DNA of 64,000 nt from a virus. Shown here piece after piece: positions 51,864-61,930 of this stretch. Made by a program: the position numbers and the translations under genes. Numbering within the stretch: position 1 is the first letter of the stretch; each line of letters starts with the position of its first letter. The stretch is from IMG/VR virus record IMGVR_UViG_3300040801_002290, positions 1 through 64,000 of that record. One strand, written 5' to 3'. A model generated the notes under the pieces. It did not search any database. It was not told the DNA's origin and saw nothing but the letters and a program-made list of their open reading frames with translations.

Positions 51864-53741
51864 TTATGTAACTTCGCAACTGGCACCATAGCAAGCCAGA
51901 TTATCTGCCAATGATGTATTATCTTCTGGTTCAATGACCTTTGTCAAATCAACCATAGATAGAGTTTTAATCATTCTTTCGTATGTTTCAGCATCACAGT
52001 CCTCAAAAGGTGCCTGTTGATAACTGTGGTCACTGTGAGGCAGACAGGAAACAGCGGTAAAACTTTCGTTATGCTCCCAGAGGAAATCTCTAACTTCATC
52101 CCATTCGTCGTCCTTGATGTTAATAGTGCAACTAACGTTGTGGGTGTTGTCACCTAAAATATGTCCGGGCTTAATCCAATCCTCGTGCAGAAGCTGAACT
52201 CTTTCAAGAAGGCTTACGGCAGTTTCTGTGTGTCTAGTGACTGCGCCCTCTGGTGCCTTCTGTGGGACCGTAATTACCGCAGTCGTTTCTGGAGAGAAGA
52301 ATTCATCCTCGATTAGTTCTGGGTGGTAGATGGCTAGGTATGCGTAAATAGCCTCATTCTTGTTAACCCTAATCCTACGTAGGTAGTAGTCGTTGTGCCA
52401 CGCATGAACGCCTGAGGAGGAACCTAGAACTAGACTGGTGGTGCCACTAGGCTTAACCGTGGTAACTCTTCTAGCGTGGTTAATTCCTAGCATGTCAGCT
52501 ACTCTACGGTTCTCTTCTACAGAAACCTGAGCGGCTTGCTCCATGTCTAGCTTAGTTACTGTACCGCTCGCAATACCAGTCATGCTAACTCCGAGTAGAG
52601 CTTCCTTTTCCGCAGTCTCTCTCCACTCGTCCCTTAGGTAGTAGAAGTCGGTGTAAGCTGCTTGCAGAGTTCCGATAAAAGCAGCGGCCTTAGCTCTGGC
52701 GTTATAGTCGTCCTGGTCAACAATACTGGCTGCATTAATCTCTGTAAGGTTGCAAAAACCGTAAGGTTTCAATGAGATTTCCGCGCAGGGATTTGTGCCG
52801 ATTTCTTTGTCATTAGTGAAGTAAAATCCAGGCTCACCGGCACCGCTGGCACGCATGTATTCCCAAACCTCATTAAAGCTTTCTTTGTTCATGCGGTGAC
52901 GAAGCAGTACAGCGGAGTTGTTTGCCCTACCACGCTGAGGGTTCAACTCATACCAAGCACCGGACTTGGAAGAGGCCATAGCATTGTCGCCATAGCTGAA
53001 CAGTGAAATCATGGCTGCCCTACGAATACCCCCACTAAGAACCGCATCAGCAATATGGCACTGAATATCGTGAGCTTCTACAGTAGTTAGTTTTGAACCG
53101 GGTTCCTTTTCGGCTAAAATGGCTTCGATTTTCGTGAGACAGATTTTCAATGGCTCGGGACCTGGTGCCTTACCGCCACTAGTAACAAGACGAGCGCCCT
53201 TCTTACGAATGTCTCTAAAATCAAAAACTGGACGTGTGGTCTTTGAAGGGTCTAGATAAGCCCGCATAAGAACGAGGACGGCATCTGCCCATCCGGTGAT
53301 ACTATCGTCTACCAAAAACCTTCTTGTCTTCTGTGGCTTCTTAATAGGGGGAAGCTGCTCAACGTGGTGACGCTGAACAGAGTAACCAACACCGGTACCA
53401 GAAAGGAGAAGAAACATGGTCTCGGAAAAGGCTTCTATATCTTTTACGGGGAGGTAGGAACAGTTGTATAGCCTAGCATTGTTCAACTCTACTGCTCTAC
53501 CGGCAAACTGCATACTCCTCATGGAAGGCAGAACTTTCTTAGTCCTTACAAAGTTATCGTAGACTTCGGTAATCTCCTCAGCCAAAGCAGGAAACTTCTC
53601 AACATGCATTGCTAAGTTTCTGTCTACCAACTCATCCCAAGTCTCTCTTCTCTCTTCTTCTGGAAGGTACTTGGCGTACTTCATAAAGACGGTAATTTCA
53701 GAGAGAATATCTCTAGCTGTCTCATCCTGCCTTTTTGTCAT
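51864..53741 (-). CDS. nrdJ: class II (B12-dependent) ribonucleotide reductase
   Basis: RSMQFAG, NCS, GTGVGYS, TNPCAEI, CNLTE, VKPSGT, C-terminal C...C pair. Confidence 0.93.
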   Translation of the reverse strand: MTKRQDETARDILSEITVFMKYAKYLPEEERRETWDELVDRNLAMHVEKFPALAEEITEVYDNFVRTKKVLPSMRSMQFAGRAVELNNARLYNCSYLPVKDIEAFSETMFLLLSGTGVGYSVQRHHVEQLPPIKKPQKTRRFLVDDSITGWADAVLVLMRAYLDPSKTTRPVFDFRDIRKKGARLVTSGGKAPGPEPLKICLTKIEAILAEKEPGSKLTTVEAHDIQCHIADAVLSGGIRRAAMISLFSYGDNAMASSKSGAWYELNPQRGRANNSAVLLRHRMNKESFNEVWEYMRASGAGEPGFYFTNDKEIGTNPCAEISLKPYGFCNLTEINAASIVDQDDYNARAKAAAFIGTLQAAYTDFYYLRDEWRETAEKEALLGVSMTGIASGTVTKLDMEQAAQVSVEENRRVADMLGINHARRVTTVKPSGTTSLVLGSSSGVHAWHNDYYLRRIRVNKNEAIYAYLAIYHPELIEDEFFSPETTAVITVPQKAPEGAVTRHTETAVSLLERVQLLHEDWIKPGHILGDNTHNVSCTINIKDDEWDEVRDFLWEHNESFTAVSCLPHSDHSYQQAPFEDCDAETYERMIKTLSMVDLTKVIEPEDNTSLADNLACYGASCEVT

Positions 53742-54046
53742 TCTGACACCCCGCTGTATTCAGAAAAAGCCGCTTCGTAGTCTCTCTTCGCCCTGAGACC
53801 AGTAAATGTCTTTTTCTCTACTCCGTTTACAAAAAGCATAACCGTAGGAACGGCACGAATCTGATGCTTCATAGCCAATTCCTGAGCTTCATCAACGTTG
53901 ACCTTCAAAAACCGTAGGTTAGAGTATTTCTGTGAAAGGTCTTCCATGATTGGCCCAAGCATTCTGCAAGGCTGACACCAGGGGGCGGTAAAGTAAACCA
54001 CCGAGTTGGTGTAATCCATTTGTGATAATCCCGTAACTTCCGTCAT
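53738..54046 (-). CDS. trxA: thioredoxin
   Basis: FTAPWCQPC. Confidence 0.95.
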   Translation of the reverse strand: MTEVTGLSQMDYTNSVVYFTAPWCQPCRMLGPIMEDLSQKYSNLRFLKVNVDEAQELAMKHQIRAVPTVMLFVNGVEKKTFTGLRAKRDYEAAFSEYSGVSE

Positions 54047-54576
54047 TCCTTCTTCTCCTTTAGATACGTATGAACCTTCTTTAAGATTGATGTATCTGCC
54101 ACTCCCACAACTGGAAAAACTAGGTTCAATTTGTGTGAAAGGTCTTCTATGGGCACCAGAACAACTTCGCTCTCGTAACCATAATTCTTGACTACCTTTG
54201 TGTCGTAAGACTCATTAGATACTATTGTTTTAATCTCTTCCGGAGTGAAAAAGTACATCGACCACTCGGAATTTCGAAGATACATATATGAAATACAGTC
54301 TGCCTGTGAAGTGTGTGCCCAGCCCGATTTTAAAACCTCTCCGTCTTTTCTTCTGGATACTGTCTCTAAGGCAAGATTTCCTGTGGAATGGGCTTTGGTG
54401 TCGAACTTAACATCGTAATACACGTCGTCCAAGATAAAGTCGATTCCCTTCTTTTGCCACTTCCTGTCTGAAACTACTGATTTAACTTCACCTAGTTCAG
54501 AAAGCAGGCTAAAGAAGATTGCCTCACCAATACCGCCGACGCTGTTTGAAGATACGAAATTATGTGTTATAGCCAT
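54043..54576 (-). CDS. PD-(D/E)XK nuclease-family protein
   Basis: GE...QKKGIDF...DVK.D...TGNLALE. Confidence 0.75.
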   Translation of the reverse strand: MAITHNFVSSNSVGGIGEAIFFSLLSELGEVKSVVSDRKWQKKGIDFILDDVYYDVKFDTKAHSTGNLALETVSRRKDGEVLKSGWAHTSQADCISYMYLRNSEWSMYFFTPEEIKTIVSNESYDTKVVKNYGYESEVVLVPIEDLSHKLNLVFPVVGVADTSILKKVHTYLKEKKE

Positions 54577-54910
54577 TGTCCTTTTTCACCATTTCTAAGG
54601 CATTTATGGCTAACTCAGCGTCTTCTCTGCCTTGCTCTATATACTCTTCGATTAGTTCGATAACTATTTTAACGGGGTCTCTGTCGTACTTTTCCCAAAA
54701 TTCGACCTTTCCTAAATCATGTCTTCCATACAGATGAAGCTCATGGTCTAATGGGATAGCACCAAAATCAAAGTACTTTTTAAGTCCCCCGGAATATTTT
54801 CTAGTTACCGACTCGTGATGGATGTCTGGATTTCGTCGTCCAGATACTACACACCCCTTGCCACCTAGATAGTCTAGGTAGTCTTTGCTCTTTATCTTTT
54901 TAATTCCCAT
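54560..54910 (-). CDS. DUF968/HNH-like small nuclease
   Basis: YLDYL...C.V.G...HH...AIPL..ELH...H.LG..EFW. Confidence 0.7.
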   Translation of the reverse strand: MGIKKIKSKDYLDYLGGKGCVVSGRRNPDIHHESVTRKYSGGLKKYFDFGAIPLDHELHLYGRHDLGKVEFWEKYDRDPVKIVIELIEEYIEQGREDAELAINALEMVKKDNGYNT

Positions 54911-55024
54911 GCTCGACTCCAGTTGGGTTGATGGTCTGTTAGTGTAGCAAAACCGGGATGAAGAATCAAAAGTTTAACTACAGAAAATCAGGCGCTATAA
55001 AACTTAAAAATTGCTCATACAGAC

Positions 55025-55056
55025 ACTATACACTAACTTTTCATGAGGAGTCTGAG
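55025..55056 (-). promoter_or_regulatory. phage TCTCA-class promoter
   Basis: CTCA-N4-CCTCA-N13-TATAGT. Confidence 0.65.
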
Positions 55057-55058
55057 AA

Positions 55059-56102
55059 TCACATAAGACAGGATTTTACGTGTGCAACCACTCTATCAAA
55101 CGCATCCAAGTCGGCCAAAGCTTCCATAATCTTAGCTTTGCCATTGAACTTAGGCTCCTCGTAATCAGGGAAAAGCTCTACGGGGAAGGTGTACCAAGCC
55201 CCAGCACGAACAATTCCAAGACGTTCAATAAGGGATGCATCGGTAAGGATTCCCGACAACTCGTCCACCATATCAATGTAACCATTTACATCCATGATGT
55301 ACTCTGCCTGACGACCGGGAGGGGCAAGCTTGTTCTTTTCCAGAGTTGCCTTGATGAGAACCTGGTCATCCTTCCTTTTACTCTTCAAATCCACGGTCAT
55401 TGAGGAATGGAAATTTAGGGCGTGGCCACCTGGTCGGACGGGTTTGGGGTTGTACATGTTGAGTGAATCCCTTAGCTGATTGGTGATTATCATCCAAAGG
55501 TGGTTTCTAGAAACCGGGCCATTAAGTTTTGGCATGAAGTCAGACATTATCTTAGCCCGCTTGCCCATGTTGGCGTCACCCAACTCCCCAGCTACAACAG
55601 CCTTAATCGGAGAGCCAGCAATAGAATCAAGAATAATCATGTCGTACACTGAGGAGTCTGCTAAGTCTACTGCTACTTCACCAGCTACCTCAAGGCTGTC
55701 AACCTTAATCCACTCAAATGTTCCGAGATTAACCCCGAGCTTTTCTGCCCAGGCAGGGTCTAGTGCGTACTCCGTGTCAATAAAAGCAACTGTACCACCC
55801 TGCTCCTGCACGTTGGCAGCGGCTTTCAAGGCGTGCGTAGTTTTACCAGAAGATTCCCACCCTGCTATTTGAGTGATTCTCCCTCTGGGGTATCCACCAA
55901 TCCCTGTAGCTATATCTAGAGCAAGGCTTCCGGTAGAAATAGTCTCTATCGGAGAAGCCTTACCTATCTGTACGGAATCGTCTCCATGCTCCTTGAGTAT
56001 CTTAGCCAATAGAGACTCACGGGCTTTCTTGTCCCCCGCATTGAGGGACAAAGAAGTTCCGTGAGTCTCAGAATACTTACTATCATCTAATTTTGTAGTC
56101 AT
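55059..56102 (-). CDS. recA: RecA recombinase
   Basis: ISTGSLALDIATGIGGYPRGR, GWESSGKTT, FIDTEYALDP, ILDSIA, TNQLR, PGGHALNF. Confidence 0.95.
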   Translation of the reverse strand: MTTKLDDSKYSETHGTSLSLNAGDKKARESLLAKILKEHGDDSVQIGKASPIETISTGSLALDIATGIGGYPRGRITQIAGWESSGKTTHALKAAANVQEQGGTVAFIDTEYALDPAWAEKLGVNLGTFEWIKVDSLEVAGEVAVDLADSSVYDMIILDSIAGSPIKAVVAGELGDANMGKRAKIMSDFMPKLNGPVSRNHLWMIITNQLRDSLNMYNPKPVRPGGHALNFHSSMTVDLKSKRKDDQVLIKATLEKNKLAPPGRQAEYIMDVNGYIDMVDELSGILTDASLIERLGIVRAGAWYTFPVELFPDYEEPKFNGKAKIMEALADLDAFDRVVAHVKSCLM

Positions 56103-56866
56103 TCAGCACTGCTCGCTTCCTGAATAATACGCTGAACCTCTTCATAAACCGCACGCTTAACTATAAGCGGGGCATAAGAGTTGTAATTACCCATGACATG
56201 AATGTGTCTTAGAGTTTCGTCGGCCCTGCGAGCAAGCTCAGGGGACAGGGATAGCGTCTTGACCTGTGTAATGGCTTCCTGAATAACGGGGTCTGGACTG
56301 GGCCTTTCAGCCGGGAGAGCCCAATCGGGGAGTTCCGGTGGTACGGTTACCTTACCATAGTCAACCTTAGCAGTAAGAGTTCCCAGTCTATAGAAGTATT
56401 CGCCAATTCCAAACTTTACAGCGGCCCTCTTTAGGGCATCAGAGTATGCACCCTTCAACTGCTCTGCAAAGGAAGGAACCCCAACGTCAGACTTGGTTAC
56501 TCCCAACACCGTAAGATGGCATCTGATTCCACCATACCTAATGTCGTTGTAAAGAAAACTCTTATCCCTTTCGAACTTAGGCGTCGTCTTATACTTAGTT
56601 CTGTTCACTCTGTCGTCTGGCAGGGAGTCAACATCGGTAACGTCTCTAACTTCTGTGTGAACAATCGTAGACTCAATGTAGTCATCGTGCCAATTATCTG
56701 CTCCTACAATCTCGTTAAGCCTGTTGGTAACAGTCCTTGCGTCAACGTATGCCAACGCCCCTGTGTTACCGCTACCGAATGCTGGTAGCCATTTCACATC
56801 TTCCGGGTCGAACGGCTCTGCTAGTCTACTTAGTACCCAATTATCAAGCACAAGCTTCAAACTCAT
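56099..56866 (-). CDS. Rad52/Rad22-family single-strand annealing protein (DdrA/Sak-like)
   Basis: LAYVDAR.V..RL...KGAYSDALKRAAVKFGIG. Confidence 0.9.
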   Translation of the reverse strand: MSLKLVLDNWVLSRLAEPFDPEDVKWLPAFGSGNTGALAYVDARTVTNRLNEIVGADNWHDDYIESTIVHTEVRDVTDVDSLPDDRVNRTKYKTTPKFERDKSFLYNDIRYGGIRCHLTVLGVTKSDVGVPSFAEQLKGAYSDALKRAAVKFGIGEYFYRLGTLTAKVDYGKVTVPPELPDWALPAERPSPDPVIQEAITQVKTLSLSPELARRADETLRHIHVMGNYNSYAPLIVKRAVYEEVQRIIQEASSAE

Positions 56867-56922
56867 TTTAAATCCTCCTAAATTTGCTTACTAGTCATTA
56901 TAACACGTAGTTTACCGTCTGA

Positions 56923-58263
56923 CTAGTAGGTCTTATTGAACTCCGAAGCGAGAGTAAATACACCATACGGCTTCTCCAACACAACCGACTCCGAGAAGAC
57001 AGCACCGTTTCTTTGCTTACCAACCTCCACTCTAAGGTATAGCTCGTCGTTGTCTTTGATGTAGTCGTCTACGTCACCATCACTTAATCCGCTAAGGACA
57101 AACTTATTCATGTCTACGTAAACAAATAGTACAATAGAAGCATCCTGCTCTAGGGAGCCACTATCCCGCAAGTCAGCAAGTGTGGGTTTACCAGTTGTGC
57201 GCTTTGTCACATCTCGATTAAGCTGAGAAGCTGCGACTACAGGAATGTTCAACTCACTAGCCAAACCCTTTAAATCCGCTGAGATTTGAGTTAGCTGTTG
57301 ATTTCTAGGGGCAGATACCAAATGGCCTGTAGCATTGATAAGACCAATATAGTCAACATAAACGACCTCACACCCATGCTCATAAACCATTTTACGCACC
57401 TTCTGAGGCACTGTAGCGTTGGTAAAAGGCCCACTATCGTCTATGAAAAGGGGCTTATTCTTGTACCAGTCTAACGCAGCCATGAGCTTTCTGTCTGTGC
57501 GAAACTCGTCAGGCTTCATCTTAAGAAGTTGAGAGCCATCAAAACGGGCTTTGGCAGAGATAAGTCGGTTAAGAATCTTTGAGGAATCCATTTCCATCGA
57601 AATGAACCCAACTCGCCTTTCGCTCTCTAGATTGGAACGAACGGACTGTAGCATCAGTGCTGTCTTACCAGTACCAGGCCGAGCAGCAATGTAGGTGACT
57701 TCCTTGGCATCGAAATCTACCAATCTATCATCCACGTCCTTGAGCCCCGTAAGCCTCAACAAACTCCTATCCTTGGAAAGCATGTTGATATAGGACTCAA
57801 CCAAGGCGGCACCAGTAACAAACTCCTGCTTAACACCTTTCTCGTTAATTCGGTGAGAAATTGTTGATATTTGAGAAACTATCTCGCTGAGGGATAAGTC
57901 TCGGTCCTTTACATGACCCTTAAGCTTCTCAAGCTCAAAGTCGAGAATTCTATACCCGGAAAACTCAGAAACCTGAGTTGCAAACGAGATAACCGAATCT
58001 GCTGGCACCCTGTAATCCAAGTACTCTTTCAACTCGGACTCTGTAATGCCCTCGTAGTTTCTCTTGGACAGGTGGTTAAGAAGGGTCTGTATGTTGACCT
58101 CAATCTTATTCTGGGCCAAATCCACAATCGAACGGAAAAGATATCTGGCCACGGGATTATAAAAGTCCTCAGGCTTAACAATCCCGTACACCTTAGGAAA
58201 AATCGTCGGGTCATACAACAAACTTCCAATGATTGAGATTTCGGTTTCTTTAGAGTTAACCAT
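56923..58263 (-). CDS. dnaB: replicative DNA helicase
   Basis: AARPGTGKT, ISMEM, VDYIGL, SQLNR, LRDSGSLEQDA, KQRNG. Confidence 0.95.
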   Translation of the reverse strand: MVNSKETEISIIGSLLYDPTIFPKVYGIVKPEDFYNPVARYLFRSIVDLAQNKIEVNIQTLLNHLSKRNYEGITESELKEYLDYRVPADSVISFATQVSEFSGYRILDFELEKLKGHVKDRDLSLSEIVSQISTISHRINEKGVKQEFVTGAALVESYINMLSKDRSLLRLTGLKDVDDRLVDFDAKEVTYIAARPGTGKTALMLQSVRSNLESERRVGFISMEMDSSKILNRLISAKARFDGSQLLKMKPDEFRTDRKLMAALDWYKNKPLFIDDSGPFTNATVPQKVRKMVYEHGCEVVYVDYIGLINATGHLVSAPRNQQLTQISADLKGLASELNIPVVAASQLNRDVTKRTTGKPTLADLRDSGSLEQDASIVLFVYVDMNKFVLSGLSDGDVDDYIKDNDELYLRVEVGKQRNGAVFSESVVLEKPYGVFTLASEFNKTY

Positions 58264-59545
58264 TCGTATTCCTCTCAAACAGGCTATCCAACAAATCAAA
58301 CCCCTCTACCGGAGTAGCATCCTTGTCTATCTCTACCACCTTAACCTCTTTTCTGGGCTTCTCTTCACGCATCGCCTCTTGGCGTAATTCATGGTATTCC
58401 TTGGAATGTTGCTGAACCAGAGTAATTAGGTTTCTTCCACCCTGCACTAAAAAGTTTAGAGTTCTTTCGATACCAACGGCTTTCTTTAACGTCCACAAAC
58501 ACTGTTCGTACGAGTATTTGCTCGTCAGATGCTTCTTGTACGCGCCACGGACCTCGGTGTAAAATTTAGCATTTTCTCCGTAGTTGGCACCCGTGACATC
58601 TTCGTTTAGAGCCTTCCAGAGCATAGAAAGTTTAACATAGTCCGATTTTGATGCCTCGGATTCGGAATGGTCAAACGCATAGAGTCGAAACGCGAATCTT
58701 GGGAATCTCCTGAACCTGTCGTATTTCTCAGGAACCCTATCCGACAGAAGACTGTTTACCTTAGCCAGGGTAGCTCCTGCCTGAATAGCCTCCCTAGCAA
58801 CCTTCTCTGCATCTATCCAGTTTGGCTCACTTCTTATCCTAGCATAGAGAGCGTTCAAAGGATTGTCAGACGCGGTAGCGTCTTCTTGTAATAAATCTAT
58901 ACTTACTCTATCTATTCTAGGGGCATCATTGACACCCGAGTTTTCGCGTTCAGGACGCTCTTCTCTCACGGAAACTTCTGCGTCAGTTTCGGAAAAATTT
59001 TTCCCTAGCTTTGGAAGAATTTTTCCAAGAAGCTTCTCGCGGGCCTTAGGCGGAACCAGGTTTTCTATGATGAACATGCGAAAAGAGTACTTGTCTCTCT
59101 GAGCCCATGTCTCCCACGAGTCGATAAAGAAGCCTTCGTGGTCCTCACCTACACTATAACCATCATTAGCCTCTAGCTTTAGTCTTCTGCCAACAACAAA
59201 GATATAGCCAGAGCCGAACTCCTCGACCTGAACTAGCTTAAGCTCCTCTAACTTCTTAATGAAGTCACGAATATGACGTTGTGTAAAACCAGTAGCTTCC
59301 TCTATTCCCTCCAGCGTGAAGTAGGCTGACAATTCACCGTTATCATAACGCTTTGCTAATTCAGTTACCCATCCACCCTCCTTATAGTACCTGAGTCCGT
59401 CAGTGTACTGTCTCCGAACCCCCGTCATAAGTAGACGGTGAATGAACCCTATAGGAGCCCCATCGAAGTACCTACCATACTCAGGTATCCTCAACAAGGC
59501 ATAGGGAATCATTAAAAACGGTTCATTAAAAACCCTTTTCGCCAT
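58256..59545 (-). CDS. putative replication initiator/helicase-loader-associated protein
   Basis: N-terminal wHTH-like segment; directly upstream of dnaB. Confidence 0.5.
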   Translation of the reverse strand: MAKRVFNEPFLMIPYALLRIPEYGRYFDGAPIGFIHRLLMTGVRRQYTDGLRYYKEGGWVTELAKRYDNGELSAYFTLEGIEEATGFTQRHIRDFIKKLEELKLVQVEEFGSGYIFVVGRRLKLEANDGYSVGEDHEGFFIDSWETWAQRDKYSFRMFIIENLVPPKAREKLLGKILPKLGKNFSETDAEVSVREERPERENSGVNDAPRIDRVSIDLLQEDATASDNPLNALYARIRSEPNWIDAEKVAREAIQAGATLAKVNSLLSDRVPEKYDRFRRFPRFAFRLYAFDHSESEASKSDYVKLSMLWKALNEDVTGANYGENAKFYTEVRGAYKKHLTSKYSYEQCLWTLKKAVGIERTLNFLVQGGRNLITLVQQHSKEYHELRQEAMREEKPRKEVKVVEIDKDATPVEGFDLLDSLFERNTNG

Positions 59546-59638
59546 ACTTCACCTTCCCAACACACGGCATTTGTGTGTTATAATTATCTAAGACTATCAT
59601 ACTCCCCAATCAAAAAGCCGTCAAGGAGTTGCATAAAT

Positions 59639-60172
59639 GTGAATTTTCTTAAAAACGAAGATATTATTATAGGCGTTGACCTGGCTCTTAACAAAACAGG
59701 TCTGGCCATATTGAATCGACAAAACAAGGTCCTCCATACAGAGTTAATTAAGGTAAAAACAGGCTGGGAGTATTATAGAAAGATAGGTTATTTATACGAG
59801 ACCTACCTGTCCCTGTTCGACTCCATATTGACAGCCAAGCCAGCCTCCTCTATACTGGTTCTAGAAGGACGGCTTAGGGCTGGTTGGAGCGGAACTACCC
59901 TGGCCTCCATAGAAGGAGCTAGGGTGGCTTGCTACCTGGCCTACAAGACTACATGCAATCTGCATGAGAAAGATGTGATTCATGTTTCTTACGACCCGGC
60001 TGAGGTCAAACACTTCATAGCGGGCAAGAGGAACGCCAAAAAGGAGGAGTTACTAGAAAAATCGGTCTCACGTTTCTCATGGCTTTCTGACATAGAGTAT
60101 CAGGAAGATATTTACGACGCAATATACATCGCGCTTAGGCACATAAAAGGAGTAGAAGATGAGCGTTCTTAA
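59639..60172 (+). CDS. RuvC-like Holliday junction resolvase
   Basis: IIGVDLAL..TG, VLE, K.E, D..DA; probable GTG start. Confidence 0.85.
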   Translation: MNFLKNEDIIIGVDLALNKTGLAILNRQNKVLHTELIKVKTGWEYYRKIGYLYETYLSLFDSILTAKPASSILVLEGRLRAGWSGTTLASIEGARVACYLAYKTTCNLHEKDVIHVSYDPAEVKHFIAGKRNAKKEELLEKSVSRFSWLSDIEYQEDIYDAIYIALRHIKGVEDERS

Positions 60173-60626
60173 TGAGCTTCTAAAGGTAGAAAAGTTTAAG
60201 TCAATCTGGATAGATAGAAACAAACTCATGGACAGTCTAGGAATCAACCTCGATAGACGAGAGTTCCTAGACCTTTCTAGTATAGGAATAGATGAGTTGT
60301 ATGAGCTTATGATGAAATCCCTGATGTGGATGGAGTACATCAGCGATGTTCTTAGCCGCGCCAAAAAGTTGAAGATGGACGAGGAGTTAGAAAAAGACGC
60401 CGTTCTTAACCGAGTTTTAGCTATGGGTACACCAGATAAGAAGGTAACAGAAGCAAAGGCCGAGGCAAAGTCTCACCCTGACTACCTAGAGGCACACAAA
60501 AGATATAACACCTTGGTAGCATATGTGGACTATTTGGACAGGCTTTTGGTGAACTTAGATAAATACCACTACGTTATGAAGGCGAAGATGGAGTCTAGTA
60601 GAAATATCGAAAGAAAGTATCAATGA
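60159..60626 (+). CDS. coiled-coil protein, UvsY-like recombination mediator candidate
   Basis: K.TEA...A...Y helical pattern; follows the resolvase. Confidence 0.5.
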   Translation: MSVLNELLKVEKFKSIWIDRNKLMDSLGINLDRREFLDLSSIGIDELYELMMKSLMWMEYISDVLSRAKKLKMDEELEKDAVLNRVLAMGTPDKKVTEAKAEAKSHPDYLEAHKRYNTLVAYVDYLDRLLVNLDKYHYVMKAKMESSRNIERKYQ

Positions 60627-60955
60627 TTTCTCTACAGATTCACACCTATAAAGGGCAGTGGACGGTATCGTACTTAGATAGTATAAATTGGGACAACATC
60701 TGTAGCTTAATGGACTTTGGAGATGTTGACGCAATGTCCTCGTGCGTGCGAGATAACCTTACGGAGGAGATGGGAATAGCCATGAACAAGAAAGACGCCA
60801 CTAGATTAGTAGTTGAGGCAGCAGGAAGATATGCAGACCACCTAAGACAGCAGTCAATCTCTTGGACATATGCAAACCCAGACCCGATGGAACGAGTTTA
60901 CAGAAAAGCAATTGAAGTCTTCGAAGAGGCTGAAAATGTTCACCAGACTAAGTAA
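60623..60955 (+). CDS. hypothetical protein
   Basis: 110 aa ORF. Confidence 0.7.
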   Translation: MISLQIHTYKGQWTVSYLDSINWDNICSLMDFGDVDAMSSCVRDNLTEEMGIAMNKKDATRLVVEAAGRYADHLRQQSISWTYANPDPMERVYRKAIEVFEEAENVHQTK

Positions 60956-61193
60956 CGGATGGCAAGCTGTACTTTGGGACGGTGAATACGAGCTTTACTC
61001 TAAACTCCGGTATGAGCCCATGTTCGTAGGGGTTTTACATAATCCGGACAAAAGAAAAGAGGTTCTAAAGCTCTGGGACGATACCTCAAACGAGTGGGTA
61101 GACTGCGAGCCAGGAACTTACATTGCCCGAGATGAACACGGGGTTTTTCATTCGGTTACCAAAGAATTCGTTGACGAAAGAAGATTGAGATGA
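60936..61193 (+). CDS. hypothetical protein
   Basis: Probable start MFTRL; C.PG.YI..D..G.F, related to the next ORF. Confidence 0.65.
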   Translation: MFTRLSNGWQAVLWDGEYELYSKLRYEPMFVGVLHNPDKRKEVLKLWDDTSNEWVDCEPGTYIARDEHGVFHSVTKEFVDERRLR

Positions 61194-61468
61194 TTAAGAA
61201 TTATAGAAAAAGGCCGGTAGTAATTCAGGCCATACAGTACACAAAAGAGACTTGTGAAGAAATACACAGTTGGGCTGGACTAGAACCACATGAGTACCGA
61301 GACTACGTGTGTGGTGTTGAACCCATTCTAATACCTACCCTAGAAGGAGTTATGGAGGCTTCTCCGGGGGACTTTATCATTCGTGGTGTAAATGGAGAAT
61401 TTTATCCGTGCAAACCAGATATTTTTTATAAAACCTATGAGGATGTGCAAGAGGGAGTAGAGGAATGA
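61190..61468 (+). CDS. conserved phage protein (TLEG.M.A..GD.II.G..GEFYPCKPDIF family)
   Basis: Recognisable widespread phage motif. Confidence 0.85.
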   Translation: MIKNYRKRPVVIQAIQYTKETCEEIHSWAGLEPHEYRDYVCGVEPILIPTLEGVMEASPGDFIIRGVNGEFYPCKPDIFYKTYEDVQEGVEE

Positions 61469-61686
61469 TTAAACGTGCTGTGATTTTAATAACGGACCAA
61501 AGTAGCATCAAGTGGAGAGGGTGGAACGACCCTGTATTTCAGACACAAGGTGTTGAAGCCTCCGAAAAACTTCTGGCAGACCTACATACACTCGCTTCTG
61601 AGTGCGGAGCGTCAGATATACCTCACCTTCGCAACGCTGCCGCTCACGTTAGGGAGTGGCTGCCCAAGGAGGACGAAGATGAATGA
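61465..61686 (+). CDS. hypothetical protein
   Basis: 73 aa ORF. Confidence 0.65.
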   Translation: MIKRAVILITDQSSIKWRGWNDPVFQTQGVEASEKLLADLHTLASECGASDIPHLRNAAAHVREWLPKEDEDE

Positions 61687-61930
61687 CTTTGTAAAGAAAC
61701 TGCGCTCTGGTGCAGAAATGGTGGGGCGTGACCCGGAGCAGTACATGACTTTCCTCACCGTGGCTCAGGCAGACGCCGCCGCTGACCGCATCGAGGCTTT
61801 GGAGGCCGAGGTCAAGCGACTGCGGGAGATGCTGACCGGAGCATCAGCCGAGTTAGCCGCCGCCATCGACCACCTAGAGCGCGTCCGCTTGGAAGCCTCC
61901 CTGGCGGGGGGAGGAGACGAAGATGAGTGA
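61679..61930 (+). CDS. coiled-coil protein, AADRIEALE family
   Basis: High-GC ORF, GGAGG RBS. Confidence 0.7.
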   Translation: MNDFVKKLRSGAEMVGRDPEQYMTFLTVAQADAAADRIEALEAEVKRLREMLTGASAELAAAIDHLERVRLEASLAGGGDEDE

